A DNA stretch of 64,000 nt from Clostridium sp. CAG:302 (lineage in GTDB: Bacteria > Bacillota_I > Bacilli_A > RF39 > UBA660): positions 14,837 through 78,836 of the forward strand of contig FR887371.1 of assembly GCA_000431795.1 (NCBI GenBank), given 5' to 3'. The notes under the pieces were generated by a model. It was not told the origin of the DNA. It worked only from the letters and a program-made list of their open reading frames with translations, and did not search any database. The position numbers were made by a program, and so were the translations under genes. How positions within the stretch are numbered: position 1 is the stretch's first letter; each line of letters opens with the position of its first letter. Positions 48,125 through 59,100 of the stretch are shown piece by piece.

Positions 48125-49010
48125 TTTTAATATAATTTCCTAATATAGTTTCGTATTCCTTTGGTTCAAACTTCGTAAAACCAGCAAAATGAGAAAATGT
48201 TAATTCACCTATATATATTTTATCGTTGCATAAATATAAATCCACTCTTAAACAAGGAATGTTCTTACTTAAAGACTTTGCTATATCAATCATTTCATCT
48301 AATTGTTTTGGCCTTTCAAATATAACATCAGATGTATTATAAATACATTTTAAATTTAATTTATTAAATTTGATATCATAATAATCATTAAATCTATTTT
48401 TTTCTTTATTGCCATAACAAACAGATATAATTTTAGGAACTCCATTAAAGCAAAAGAAATTATATTCTTTTAAATCTTCTTTATTCTTATTTTCCATATA
48501 TTTTTCAATTATTATTCTAGGTTTAACATTTTTGTATGGCCACTCTCTATGAACATAAAAATATTTTCTTTTAAGATATTTATTAATTTTTTTTCTTGCC
48601 TTTTTTAAGTCTAATTGTTTTTTATCTTTACAAATTACAAGTCCACCAGAATCATGAGTACATTTCATTACAAACTGATTGGGTAATTTATCAAAATCTA
48701 TCTCATCAAATTTATCATAAATACCGATTAAAGGAATTAAATATTTTTCTCCAGCTTTATCTTTTATATATTCTCTCGCTTCATATTTATCAACCATTTT
48801 TGTATATATTGGATTCCTATCATACAATTTTAACCACTGAAGTTTTTCACTTAGCAATTTAGGATTTTTTAAATCTAATTTTTTACCAATAATAAGCCTA
48901 TATTTCCATTTTAAATATATTTTATCTGGAACAAAAAAGAAAAAGTTTTTATTCATCATGCAAACCAATGTATCTTTAGGATGACATATATATTTAATTA
49001 TTTTTTTCAT
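48096..49010 (-). CDS. TupA-like ATP-grasp amidoligase, copy 2
   Basis: NPKLLSEKLQWLKLYDRNPIYTKMVDKYEAREYI...FVMKCTHDSGG. The N-terminal half is highly similar to copy 1 and the C-terminal half has diverged. Confidence 0.75.
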   Translation of the reverse strand: MKKIIKYICHPKDTLVCMMNKNFFFFVPDKIYLKWKYRLIIGKKLDLKNPKLLSEKLQWLKLYDRNPIYTKMVDKYEAREYIKDKAGEKYLIPLIGIYDKFDEIDFDKLPNQFVMKCTHDSGGLVICKDKKQLDLKKARKKINKYLKRKYFYVHREWPYKNVKPRIIIEKYMENKNKEDLKEYNFFCFNGVPKIISVCYGNKEKNRFNDYYDIKFNKLNLKCIYNTSDVIFERPKQLDEMIDIAKSLSKNIPCLRVDLYLCNDKIYIGELTFSHFAGFTKFEPKEYETILGNYIKIGGKRNEKK

Positions 49011-50085
49011 TATTACACACTTCCTTCATAAAATCAAACCATTTATTAACAATTTTATCACAATTATATTCTTGCATTTTATCTCTTGCATTTTTAGACA
49101 ATTGTCTACATATATTATTATCTTCAATAAGTCTACAAATTGAAGAAGTTAATTCTTCCTTGTTATTATTTTCTACGAGTAAACCATTTTTATTACCATC
49201 AATTAACTCCTTTGGCCCACCACAAGGACAATTCGTAGAAATACAAGGAAGTCCGACTGCCATAGCTTCCATAAGAGCATTTGGCATTCCTTCATATTTT
49301 GAGGATAAAATAAAACCTTTTTTATCTTTCAAAATATTATCAATATCATCTACATTTCCACACAATTTGACATTATTATTAAGTTTATTATCCTTTATAT
49401 ACATACTAAGTTCATTTTTTAAACTACCTTCACCATAAATAAGTAATTTATAGTTTGGATATTTCTTAATAACATCTTTAAAACTCTCTATTAAAAGTAT
49501 TTGATTCTTTTGTTCATTTAATCTACCAACATTAATAAATTCAGTACTTTTATATCCAACATATTTAGTTTTCAAGAATCTATCATCTACAGGATTAGCA
49601 ATAACTATAGATTTATCTTGAATTTTTTTGCAGAAATAGTCGCGTGCTTCATCTGTTTGAAAAACGAATCCATCGGCTCTTTTATATAAAAACTTCATTA
49701 TGGTTCTACTTTTCAAAGATGCATATTCTATTTTTGGATCATTTCTATCAGAAATAATTACTGGAGATTTAATAAATGGCTTCAATATAAGTAGTCTATA
49801 ACTTGGCTCAGGTAAAAAACCTAAAATAATATCAGGATCAATTTCTTTTATATAGTCTTTTAATCTCTTTAAATATATAATATTCTTTACTAATGGATTC
49901 TTATTACCATCAAAATTTTTCAAACTAAAGAGTTTAATACTTTTATCAAGACTATATTCTACTTTTTCATCAGTAGTAGTAATAATAATAACTTCATTTT
50001 TTTCTACTAGTTTATTAGATAATGTAGCAACAACTCTCTCAGCTCCACCTTTTCTCAAATTACCTATATAAAATAATATTTTCAT
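48994..50085 (-). CDS. GT4 glycosyltransferase (paralogue of 47024-48124)
   Basis: Motifs GGAERVV, GRLNEQKN and SSKYEGMPNALMEAMA. Confidence 0.8.
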   Translation of the reverse strand: MKILFYIGNLRKGGAERVVATLSNKLVEKNEVIIITTTDEKVEYSLDKSIKLFSLKNFDGNKNPLVKNIIYLKRLKDYIKEIDPDIILGFLPEPSYRLLILKPFIKSPVIISDRNDPKIEYASLKSRTIMKFLYKRADGFVFQTDEARDYFCKKIQDKSIVIANPVDDRFLKTKYVGYKSTEFINVGRLNEQKNQILLIESFKDVIKKYPNYKLLIYGEGSLKNELSMYIKDNKLNNNVKLCGNVDDIDNILKDKKGFILSSKYEGMPNALMEAMAVGLPCISTNCPCGGPKELIDGNKNGLLVENNNKEELTSSICRLIEDNNICRQLSKNARDKMQEYNCDKIVNKWFDFMKEVCNNEKNN

Positions 50086-50093
50086 ACTTCCTC

Positions 50094-51158
50094 CTAAAAT
50101 AGTGTATAATTAACATAAACAGAATTTGTAAATATCTGATATATATAAAATAAAAATAATGAAATATAAAATATTGGATACATGAATTTACGATATTTTA
50201 AATCCAAAACCTCCAAATTATTTGGAATTAAAATTATAAATGAATAAGTAAAATATAAAACTATTCTTGCAACCAGCCCTTGAGTAGTTGAAAGAATTTG
50301 AAATGGTAAAGCTAATAATAACATACCGACAAAGTATTTATTACTATTTTTGTTTATATCAAATTTTTTATTTATAAAGCATACACCAACTATTATTAAA
50401 AATATCAATAAAAGCATTGTATATCCACTACCACTAGTATCACGATAGTCAAGATACTGACTGTAAATTAATTCAGTTATAATATTAAGAATAGGATTTT
50501 TAATTATAAATAAAACTATGCATAAACTCATAAAACGAAATATTTTATTAGTAGTAAATTTAATATGTTTAAATACTGGTAAAATTAAAAATACCAATGA
50601 TGTTTTATGGAACAAACTAGCAATCATAACCATTGTAATATACCAAAGTAAACTCTTTCTATCCTTAGCTAACAATAATGGAAAAGCACACAATAAAACT
50701 GATATAGCTAAGCATTGTCTTAATGTACAAGTATAATATACAAAATAATTAAAAGTTATAAATAAGAAAACACTTGCAAAATAATCTTTGGAATAATTTT
50801 TAATAAAGTTATATATGCCTATCATAGAAAGAATTGAAATAATAAATACATAAAATCTAAAATCATAAAATATAAAGCTTATAAATTTAGTAAGCATTTT
50901 AAAGCCCAACTCAAAATCATAATGAAAATATAAATACTCTATAGTACTATTTTTAGCAGCTACAAAAAATTTATAATAATTAATCATGTCAAGTCCAACC
51001 TTAGGACCACGCAATCCCAAAAATAGAGTTAAAATAATAACTATTATTAGAAGATATTGTTTATTGTTTTTGATATTAATCCCAAATATTTTAAATATTA
51101 AGGATAATAAAGTCAAAGAAAGCAATAATATTATATATTCCAAAACAATCACCTCCAT
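50094..51158 (-). CDS. EpsG/Wzy-type polysaccharide polymerase
   Basis: 354 aa with about 10 TM helices. Size and topology are EpsG-family-like. Confidence 0.5.
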   Translation of the reverse strand: MEVIVLEYIILLLSLTLLSLIFKIFGINIKNNKQYLLIIVIILTLFLGLRGPKVGLDMINYYKFFVAAKNSTIEYLYFHYDFELGFKMLTKFISFIFYDFRFYVFIISILSMIGIYNFIKNYSKDYFASVFLFITFNYFVYYTCTLRQCLAISVLLCAFPLLLAKDRKSLLWYITMVMIASLFHKTSLVFLILPVFKHIKFTTNKIFRFMSLCIVLFIIKNPILNIITELIYSQYLDYRDTSGSGYTMLLLIFLIIVGVCFINKKFDINKNSNKYFVGMLLLALPFQILSTTQGLVARIVLYFTYSFIILIPNNLEVLDLKYRKFMYPIFYISLFLFYIYQIFTNSVYVNYTLF

Positions 51159-51167
51159 ATTGTAACA

Positions 51168-52202
51168 TTATTTATAATATTGGTTTAACACTTTTTTATA
51201 TTTTACTATATCGTTATTTTTTGTTGAATCATTATCTGCGTTTTTTGACATTTGCAGTAATTTTTTATCATTAGTAATTAATTTTATAATATTATTAATA
51301 AGTTCATCATCTTTGTCACTCAAAAAGCCGTTAAATCCTTGTTTAATAAGATCTTTCATTCCATCAGTCGGAGTAGATACAATTGGCTTCCCCAAACATA
51401 GAGCCTCTAAGGCACACATTGGAGTCCCTTCATATATTGAAGTTAAAAGCATGATTTTAGAGTTTTTAATATATACATATGGATTAGTTTGGAAACCCAA
51501 AAGAAAAACATTATTATTTAAATTGTTATTATTGATATATTCTTTCAGTTCATCATACATTGGTCCATTTCCAACTATTGCTAATTTTGCAGTAGGAACT
51601 TTACCAACGACAGACAAAAATATATTCAAAAGTCTTTTTGGATTTTTTAATTTCACTAATCTTCCAACAAAAACAGCATCATATTTTTCATCTATATTAA
51701 ATTTCTTGCTATTATAAATGATTTCTTTTTTATCAACAACATTAACGAGAACGCTGCTTTTATTGCAAATTTGTTTATAAAATTTATATTGGCTTAAACT
51801 GCTATCAGAAACCCAAAAAATGTGCTCTACCTTTTTAGATACAATAAGGAAAAGCAACGATTTTAAAGATGTTTTTCTCATATCTATACTGTTACCATGA
51901 ACATGTGAAATAATCTTACACTTCTTAGAAAATAAACTAGCATAAATAGTCGCTTTTATATCATGTGCATGTATAATATCAGGTTCAAAATCCATAATAG
52001 CCTTTTTTATACTAGAATAATTTAATTTATTTAATGGATAAAATTTAATATTTTTTTCTACCAATTTATTTTTTATTTTACCATTTGGAGAACAATAAAC
52101 CATATCCAAGTTTTTATCATTTTTGTACATATCAATAATTTGACATACAACATTCTCAGCTCCGGAAAAAGAATTGGTGGCTAATAAATGCATAATCTTC
52201 AT
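51168..52202 (-). CDS. GT4 glycosyltransferase
   Basis: Motifs FSGAENVV, FVGRLVKLKNP and TSIYEGTPMCALEALCLGKP. Confidence 0.8.
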   Translation of the reverse strand: MKIMHLLATNSFSGAENVVCQIIDMYKNDKNLDMVYCSPNGKIKNKLVEKNIKFYPLNKLNYSSIKKAIMDFEPDIIHAHDIKATIYASLFSKKCKIISHVHGNSIDMRKTSLKSLLFLIVSKKVEHIFWVSDSSLSQYKFYKQICNKSSVLVNVVDKKEIIYNSKKFNIDEKYDAVFVGRLVKLKNPKRLLNIFLSVVGKVPTAKLAIVGNGPMYDELKEYINNNNLNNNVFLLGFQTNPYVYIKNSKIMLLTSIYEGTPMCALEALCLGKPIVSTPTDGMKDLIKQGFNGFLSDKDDELINNIIKLITNDKKLLQMSKNADNDSTKNNDIVKYKKVLNQYYK

Positions 52203-52208
52203 ATATAT

Positions 52209-53318
52209 TTACCTCTCATATATTTTAATAATTTCTGTCAAAACAGAATCAAGCATATACTTATTTACTTCTTCTTTATTAGTTTGAATAAATTTTTCTG
52301 CTTTTTTCTTATTTTCATATATTTTCTCTATTTTTTGTGCAAATTCATCAGCTTTATAGCTATCAACCAAGTATCCATTTTTACCATCTTTTATCAAGTC
52401 TCTATTGCCTCTACAATTAGTGGCAACTATTGGAAGTCCAACATACATTGATTCAATTATATTTATAGGAAGTCCTTCTCTTTTACTAGATGATACTGCC
52501 ATATTTGAAATTCTTAGAAGTTGTGGAATATCTTTTCTGTATCCCAAAAATCTTACATTATCATAAAGTCCATTTTGTTTAGCATATTTTTGAAGTTTTC
52601 CCTGCAGTAAATCATAACCAGGTAATAGTAATACAATATTTGGTATTTTTTCTTTTAATATTTTAATAGTGTCCAATAATAGAATTTGATTTTTGTTATT
52701 ATTAATTTCACCTGGAAAAATCAAAACAAAGTTATCATTGACGATATTTAACTCTTTACGCAATTTCATTTTCTCACTTGCAGATACTTTAATATCAAAT
52801 TTTTCCCTACTTATACCAATTCCATGTACTTTATAAATTTTTGATTTCATCTTTTTCTTTGCAGTATTATAATCCTCATCATTTATAGTAATAATTGAAT
52901 CAGTGTACCTAGACAAATACTTTTCCATTGGATAATAAATCATCCAATTAATTAGAGGTGCACCTTTATAGAAGTGAAATCCGTGTGCTGTATAAACTAT
53001 TTTAGAGTTGAAGTTTTTAATTTTACTAGCTGCAAGTCTTGGAATAGCAGCTCCAAAAGGAGTATGGCAACTAATAAGTTCATAATCATTATCTAATAAT
53101 ATTTTTTTTATTTGTTTATAAGAATTAAAAATTTCATTTACATTCAAACTTCTTGTAAAACAAACATCAAATTTTTTATCACAATAAGGCACATCAATTC
53201 CCTGATTTTTCGAAGCAATATGAACTTCATAACCATTATCTTTAAAATATTTTAGTTGAGGAATCAAAAATTTTATAAAAAATGAATCCAAATTAGCAGT
53301 AAATAAAACTTTTTTCAT
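52209..53318 (-). CDS. GT4 glycosyltransferase
   Basis: Motifs SSSKREGLPINIIESMYVGLP and GKNGYLV. Confidence 0.8.
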   Translation of the reverse strand: MKKVLFTANLDSFFIKFLIPQLKYFKDNGYEVHIASKNQGIDVPYCDKKFDVCFTRSLNVNEIFNSYKQIKKILLDNDYELISCHTPFGAAIPRLAASKIKNFNSKIVYTAHGFHFYKGAPLINWMIYYPMEKYLSRYTDSIITINDEDYNTAKKKMKSKIYKVHGIGISREKFDIKVSASEKMKLRKELNIVNDNFVLIFPGEINNNKNQILLLDTIKILKEKIPNIVLLLPGYDLLQGKLQKYAKQNGLYDNVRFLGYRKDIPQLLRISNMAVSSSKREGLPINIIESMYVGLPIVATNCRGNRDLIKDGKNGYLVDSYKADEFAQKIEKIYENKKKAEKFIQTNKEEVNKYMLDSVLTEIIKIYER

Positions 53319-53337
53319 CTTAACATTACTCCCTACA

Positions 53338-54789
53338 TTATTTATTTATATACCCATTTATCTTTTCTTTTGCACTATTTACAGATTTTTCATCTTGCTT
53401 CATTACATATAATTCAATATTGGGATATGTATATGTATTCTTAGTATATAAGTCAGTACCTACAAGATTTTGACTTTCAATGTCCCAACCTCTCATATCA
53501 TTAAGTTGCATCTTAATAAATCTATTAATATTTTTAGTTTCCATATTTGTTGAAAAACTATTTCCAACACTATCTAATATTTGTGAAAAATTTGTCACTA
53601 ATGTTGTTGATGATGTTACTTTGTCTATAATTGCTGTAAGAACTTTCTGCTGATTTTTAACTCTTTGTACATCTCCATCTTTAAAAGCATATCTTTCTCT
53701 AGCAAACATAAGAGCGTGAAATCCATCTAAATGATTATTCCCTTTTTTGTAGCAAATATCAGGGCGGCCATTAGCACAAAAACTATAATCAGAATACACA
53801 TCAACACCTTTAATTGCATCAATAACACCTTCGATAGTAGAGAAATTAACCTTAACATAATAGTTAATATCAATATCAAGTAAATTTTCTATAGCTTTAG
53901 CAGACTCTTCTATACCATAATATCCAGCATGAGTAAGTTTATCATAAGCATCATCACCAAACGAAGGCAAATTAACATAATAATCTCTTGGTATTGAAGT
54001 AAGTAATACTTTCCTATTAATAGGATCTACTGTAATAATCATATTAACATCAGTATTAGTAACATTATCAATACTACCATAAGCATCTCCACCTGCTACA
54101 TATATATTAAATGGCTTCTTAGTAATATCAACTACTTTTACTATATCAGTCTTTTCTATCGAAACATATACCTTATATATTTCCTTTAATTTAAGTTTCA
54201 TATCAGCTAAATCAGTATCAAGTAAATTCTTCGTAGATTCATTAATTAATACAGCATCTATCTTATTATCTTGTAAATCTTCAAATAATTCCACAACATT
54301 CTTATACTCTTTAGAAATATTCTTTATCTTTTTATTTAATTCATTACTAGCTTTAGTACTATTCTTAGAACTATATATGCCTATAGACTTACCATCTAAA
54401 TCTTTAATATCTTTATATTTAGAATTTTCTAAAGTCATAACATAATATACTTCTTTTTGAAATAAATCTTTGCTTATAACTCCAACAAAATCCATAGTAT
54501 CATTTAAATATTTAATACCAACACCAAATATAGTACCAAAAAGTATTAAAAATACACATGAACTAATCTTAAATTTATTCTTTATTTTCTTAGGAAAAGA
54601 TGTAATAAATAAATATAAATATAATAGTCCAAATACTATATAAAAGATAATTAAATATTTAAATGGTATCATATCAAGTACATATAACATAATTCCAAAT
54701 ACTATAAATATAATTATTGATATTATAGCAATTGCTCTAAAAAACCAAATACCCTTATTTTTACTTCTTTTTCTTCTATTTTTTTTCAC
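53338..54789 (-). CDS. LytR-CpsA-Psr (LCP) family glycopolymer ligase with an extra juxtamembrane domain
   Basis: GTG start. N-terminal TM helices. LCP motifs TSIPRDYYV and FARERYAFKDGDVQRVKNQQKVL. An inserted segment of about 110 aa (GKSIGIYSS...KIDAVLINES) resembles a solute-binding-protein fold. Confidence 0.8.
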   Translation of the reverse strand: MKKNRRKRSKNKGIWFFRAIAIISIIIFIVFGIMLYVLDMIPFKYLIIFYIVFGLLYLYLFITSFPKKIKNKFKISSCVFLILFGTIFGVGIKYLNDTMDFVGVISKDLFQKEVYYVMTLENSKYKDIKDLDGKSIGIYSSKNSTKASNELNKKIKNISKEYKNVVELFEDLQDNKIDAVLINESTKNLLDTDLADMKLKLKEIYKVYVSIEKTDIVKVVDITKKPFNIYVAGGDAYGSIDNVTNTDVNMIITVDPINRKVLLTSIPRDYYVNLPSFGDDAYDKLTHAGYYGIEESAKAIENLLDIDINYYVKVNFSTIEGVIDAIKGVDVYSDYSFCANGRPDICYKKGNNHLDGFHALMFARERYAFKDGDVQRVKNQQKVLTAIIDKVTSSTTLVTNFSQILDSVGNSFSTNMETKNINRFIKMQLNDMRGWDIESQNLVGTDLYTKNTYTYPNIELYVMKQDEKSVNSAKEKINGYINK

Positions 54790-54863
54790 AAAATCACTGT
54801 CCTACCAATAAAAAGTATAACACATTTCAAAGCCATAGTCTAGGTTAAAAAGACTTTTTTACC

Positions 54864-54899
54864 CAAATATCTACATAAAAAGAACATTTTCATGCTCTT
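54864..54899 (-). repeat. 36-bp direct repeat, copy A (contains a terminator-like hairpin)
   Basis: caaatatctacataaaaagaacattttcatgctctt is identical at 35/36 positions to 56129-56164. On the minus strand, aagagcat-gaaa-atgttctt is followed by ttt. Confidence 0.7.
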
Positions 54900-54901
54900 A
54901 G

Positions 54902-56065
54902 TTATCTTAAATCTTCATCATTTAATATAAATTCTACTATATTAACATTATTAATACCATTAATATTTTTTTGCAAAATCAAATCTAATACAAATAAATA
55001 TCTAGGATACATTTCTTTTATTTCATAAAAGGGTTTATATTCTCTTTTTTCAGTTTTTTCATCATCTATATTTTTAGAAACTTGAATATAGAAGTACTCA
55101 TCTATACCACGTCTAGCAATAAAATCACATTCCAAATTACCAATTTTTCCAACACTTAAAGTATAGTTTTTACTTTTCAAATAAGAATATAAAACATTTT
55201 CTAATACAGGACCATAATTAATTCTATTATCAGTATTAAGTGCAAAATATATACTTAAGTCTGCTAAATAATATTTTTTTTCACCATCAAGAACTTTTTT
55301 TGATTTAATATCAAATAAATCACAAGAATATATTATTTTAGCTTTTTCTAATATTTCAATATATTTCTTAATAGTTCTTCTATCAACATTTATATTTTCA
55401 TTTTTAAACATATACTCATGTATACTTCCAATTGAAATAACAGATCCAAAATTATTTATAACAAATTTCTGAATTACTTCAAATAATGCTTTATTCTTTA
55501 TTTTATTATTACTTTTTATATCTTTTTCAAATATTTGACTAATAACATTCTTAGTATATAATAATTTATCTTCATAATTATTATAGTGTAAAGATCCAGG
55601 AAAGCCACCATTTCTTATAAACTCTTCAAATTCACGATATATATTAATATCTATTTCTTTTTCTAAATATCTTTTCATATCCACATATTCATAAAAATTT
55701 AATGGTAACATCTCAACTTCGATGTATCTACCGGTTAATTTGGTAACTAGTTCTCCACTTAATAAATATGAGTTAGAACCTGTTAAGAATATAGAATAGT
55801 TTCCCTCTTCTTTGTAAGCATTTATTACCATTTCAAAATTTTTTACATTTTGTACCTCATCTATAAATAAATACTTAAAAGCCCTATCATTAACAAAGCT
55901 ATCTATAACCTTTTCTAATTTTTTAGGAGTGTCTATATCTTTAAACTCTTTCTTATCTAATTCAATATATATAATATCATTATCACTGACTCCTTTTTCC
56001 TTCAACTCATTAATAATTGTTTTTAAAAGATATGATTTACCACATCTTCTTATTCCAGTTTTTAT
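54902..56065 (-). pseudogene. 5'-decayed AAA ATPase (AAA_14 + DUF4143 family)
   Basis: The frame is open from just after an in-frame TAG (56066-56068). It reads IKTGIRRCGKSYLLKTIINEL (Walker A) and FIDEVQ (Walker B), followed by a DUF4143-like C-terminus. About 25 N-terminal residues and any start codon are missing. The track ORF begins at an internal Met downstream of the Walker A. Confidence 0.6.
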
Positions 56066-56077
56066 CTAAAAAGCAAG

Positions 56078-56126
56078 TTTTATCGACCAATTTTTGTTAT
56101 ATAAATATCAATATTGGTCGATAAAA
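56078..56126. repeat. Perfect 14-bp inverted repeat with a 21-nt spacer
   Basis: ttttatcgaccaat (56078-56091) pairs with attggtcgataaaa (56113-56126). It lies exactly at the 5' truncation point of the ATPase relic. Confidence 0.7.
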
Positions 56127-56128
56127 GA

Positions 56129-56164
56129 CAAATATCTACATAAAAAGAACATTTCCATGCTCTT
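56129..56164 (-). repeat. 36-bp direct repeat, copy B (terminator-like hairpin downstream of the 1251-aa gene)
   Basis: caaatatctacataaaaagaacatttccatgctctt. On the minus strand, aagagcat-ggaa-atgttctt is followed by ttt. Confidence 0.7.
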
Positions 56165-56170
56165 TTCTTA

Positions 56171-59100
56171 TTATTTTAAATAACCAAGTATCTTTGTTTT
56201 CGTAGGCATATCTGAAGAATATATACTTGATAATAAACTATTTTTATTAAATGGTACATATACTTTTTCTATATCAAATCCACCTTTTTTCTTTTCTTTT
56301 AAAATTATATAATAGGCCAGACTCTTTTTATTATCCTCATATTCTCCCATACCTGCTCCTCTTAAAGTATGAATATTAGTATCATTAAGTCTATCTTCTA
56401 ATTCAAAATGAACATGACCTTGAAAAACATCATCATATGAAGTAATAAGTTTCCCATCAAACATAGGAGTATTTCTGCTAGATAAATATCCTTGTACTTT
56501 AGGATTATCAATACCATATTTATTTATCATATATTCTACTTCTTTATTATATTCATCACCATTAGTAAACATAAACTGATCAGCAGACTTTTCATTACCA
56601 ATATTATCTTGATATATCCAAGTATTATGTTTAACAAAATCCCATCTAATATCATTACCAAAATGACATAATGCTATTTTTTTACCACCAAGTAATAAAT
56701 CTAAAGAAGGCTTATATAATTTTAAATCATTAATATATCCCTGTACTCTATCATTAGTCCAATCTAAACTTCTTTCCCTTTCTTCACTCCAGTAATTAAA
56801 AGGACTACCTCCTAGAGTTAAATAATATTCACTGTTACCCATAATTTGATTAACATTATATTTATCCATCAAATCAAGTACTTCTCTAGGATTAGGTCCA
56901 AGTGAAGTATTATCACCAAGTGAATAAATCTCACTTATACCTCTAAATCTAATATCTTCGAGTATTGCAATAGTAGGTTCATACATAGCATGAGTATCAG
57001 TAAATATAGCCATCTCTCTTCCTGTATATATATCATTTTCTTTTTTAATTGTTAGTTTGCTATCAATATATTTCTTTATACTATCAAGCTCTTTTACCAT
57101 ACTGTCACTGACATATTTACCATTTCCAGAAGTAAACACTCTCTTTGGATTATCAATCGCTGTTTCTTTTTTTTGTGTAATAATAAAAGGTAAATTATAT
57201 CTTTTATGATACATAATTTCATCACTATTAGGTCTTTTTCCATTGGCAAGTATAATACCACATGGTTTTAATCCTTCCCTATATAATAATGTTTCTGCAT
57301 TTTGTTTCTTCACAGAACTAGTTTCTAATATTCCTCTCTGATTTCTATATTTATCGGCCACAACTGCGCTATTCTTTTCTATCATGCAATGATTACTTCC
57401 CATATTAGATAAAGAACTACATATAAAGCTATTATCATATATAGTATCATATGCCAATATACAATCACAGTAATCATAATAATATTTCTGCCCTCTATAA
57501 CTAATTGGACTAAAAGAAATAAAATTACTATTACCACTACTATAACCATTAACCAAATCTTCAATATTCTCTCTACTACTTACCACATGTGCATATAATA
57601 CATAATTTTTATCACTAAAATCAAATACCTCTCCGCCATAAAGTTCCATATATTCCTTATTATATATACCAGGTACCTTTCTCGCAGATTCTAAAGTAGT
57701 TAAATTATACATACTATCAAGTTCATATAATCTTCTAATTTTACTCTTAATATCTATAATATCATTAATCATTCTATTAATAGGGGTATCTTCCCCATCT
57801 ATATAAGAAATAATAATTTTAACGAGTTCATCTCTATCATTAGTAGTAGCCAGTTTATTAATAATATCCATACTAGTAATAATTTCTTCAGTTAAATAGA
57901 AAATTTCCTTATTATCAATATTATCTTTTTGTAGTATCTTCAGTAATGAAATATTACCAATACTATCAAAATAATTACTATTATAAGTAATAATATTATT
58001 AAAAAATATATCTTTAATTCTATTAATATAAGTATTCTTATCAAGTATTTCCACTCTATATTTATTAAATTCTTTTTTTCTAATTTCGTTTAAATCATAT
58101 AAAGTTAAAGGAGTACCATTAATCTTTCCATTAAAAAGTAAACTCAAATTACTTTTATCAATATCACTAAGTATAATATTGTTATTACACATACTAAGTA
58201 ACAAATCTTTATATAAATTATAATTCTTAATCACTAAATTTAAATTAATAATCACAGAGGCATTATTTAAAGTATTATCAAAATAATTATTAAACATATA
58301 ACTTTTAATTCTAACAAAATTATTTATTTCGTCATCATTAACAATACTTATAATATTACTAATTAGTCCATTACCAAAGTCATAACTACTATATTGAAAA
58401 AATGAATCAATATCTACATCTACTCTATCAAGAAACACTTCCATACTCTTAAGTAGTTCTAAAATATTTCCTTTTTTGCAATACTTTATAATAGTTTTAC
58501 AATAATTTATTTTTTCGCTACTTACATTAAATATTTTTAATATAGTATTCTGCATATTCATAACAAAAGTATTCCTATTATTATCATCACTATTTAAAAA
58601 TTCTTTAAGTACATTGTTATCATATTTGCTTAAAACCCCTCTAATATATATACTATTTCTTTTATATATTTTATTTTGTATATTCTTAGGCAAAGAATTA
58701 ATAATATCAAAATATTTATCTGTTTTATTTTTATTATATATAAGATTATCAAAATCAATATTTACTAAAATATTTTTAATATACTCACTTTTATATTTAA
58801 GTATAAAATTGATAATATCATTATTATAGTGATTATTATTTAAAAGATCAATTACTCCATCATCAAAAATCTTTTTATCAATAGTATTAATAATTAACTC
58901 ATCAGTATAATGATATAAACTAATATACTCAAAATATTTATTAACACTACCATTATTTAATTTATTAATTAAATCATCTAATCTATAAGTAACAATTAAT
59001 TCTTTATATTCAAAACATAAATCACTATAATTATGTAGTTTTTCTATAACCTTATCAATACTAAGCTTATTAATATATTCTTTTAAATATTTAATATTAT

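Noticed and set aside
51313-51717. A 134-aa plus-strand ORF, the longest antisense ORF in the window
   Set aside because: It lies wholly inside a well-supported GT4 gene on the opposite strand, which has the E-x7-E region and a GT-B layout. It has no SD or promoter, and its composition is typical of a shadow frame in AT-rich DNA.
54864-56164. Treating the 36-bp repeats as a CRISPR array or as IS terminal repeats
   Set aside because: There are only two copies. They are direct rather than inverted, lie 1.2 kb apart, and each contains a terminator-type hairpin directly after a stop codon. No cas or transposase gene lies between them.
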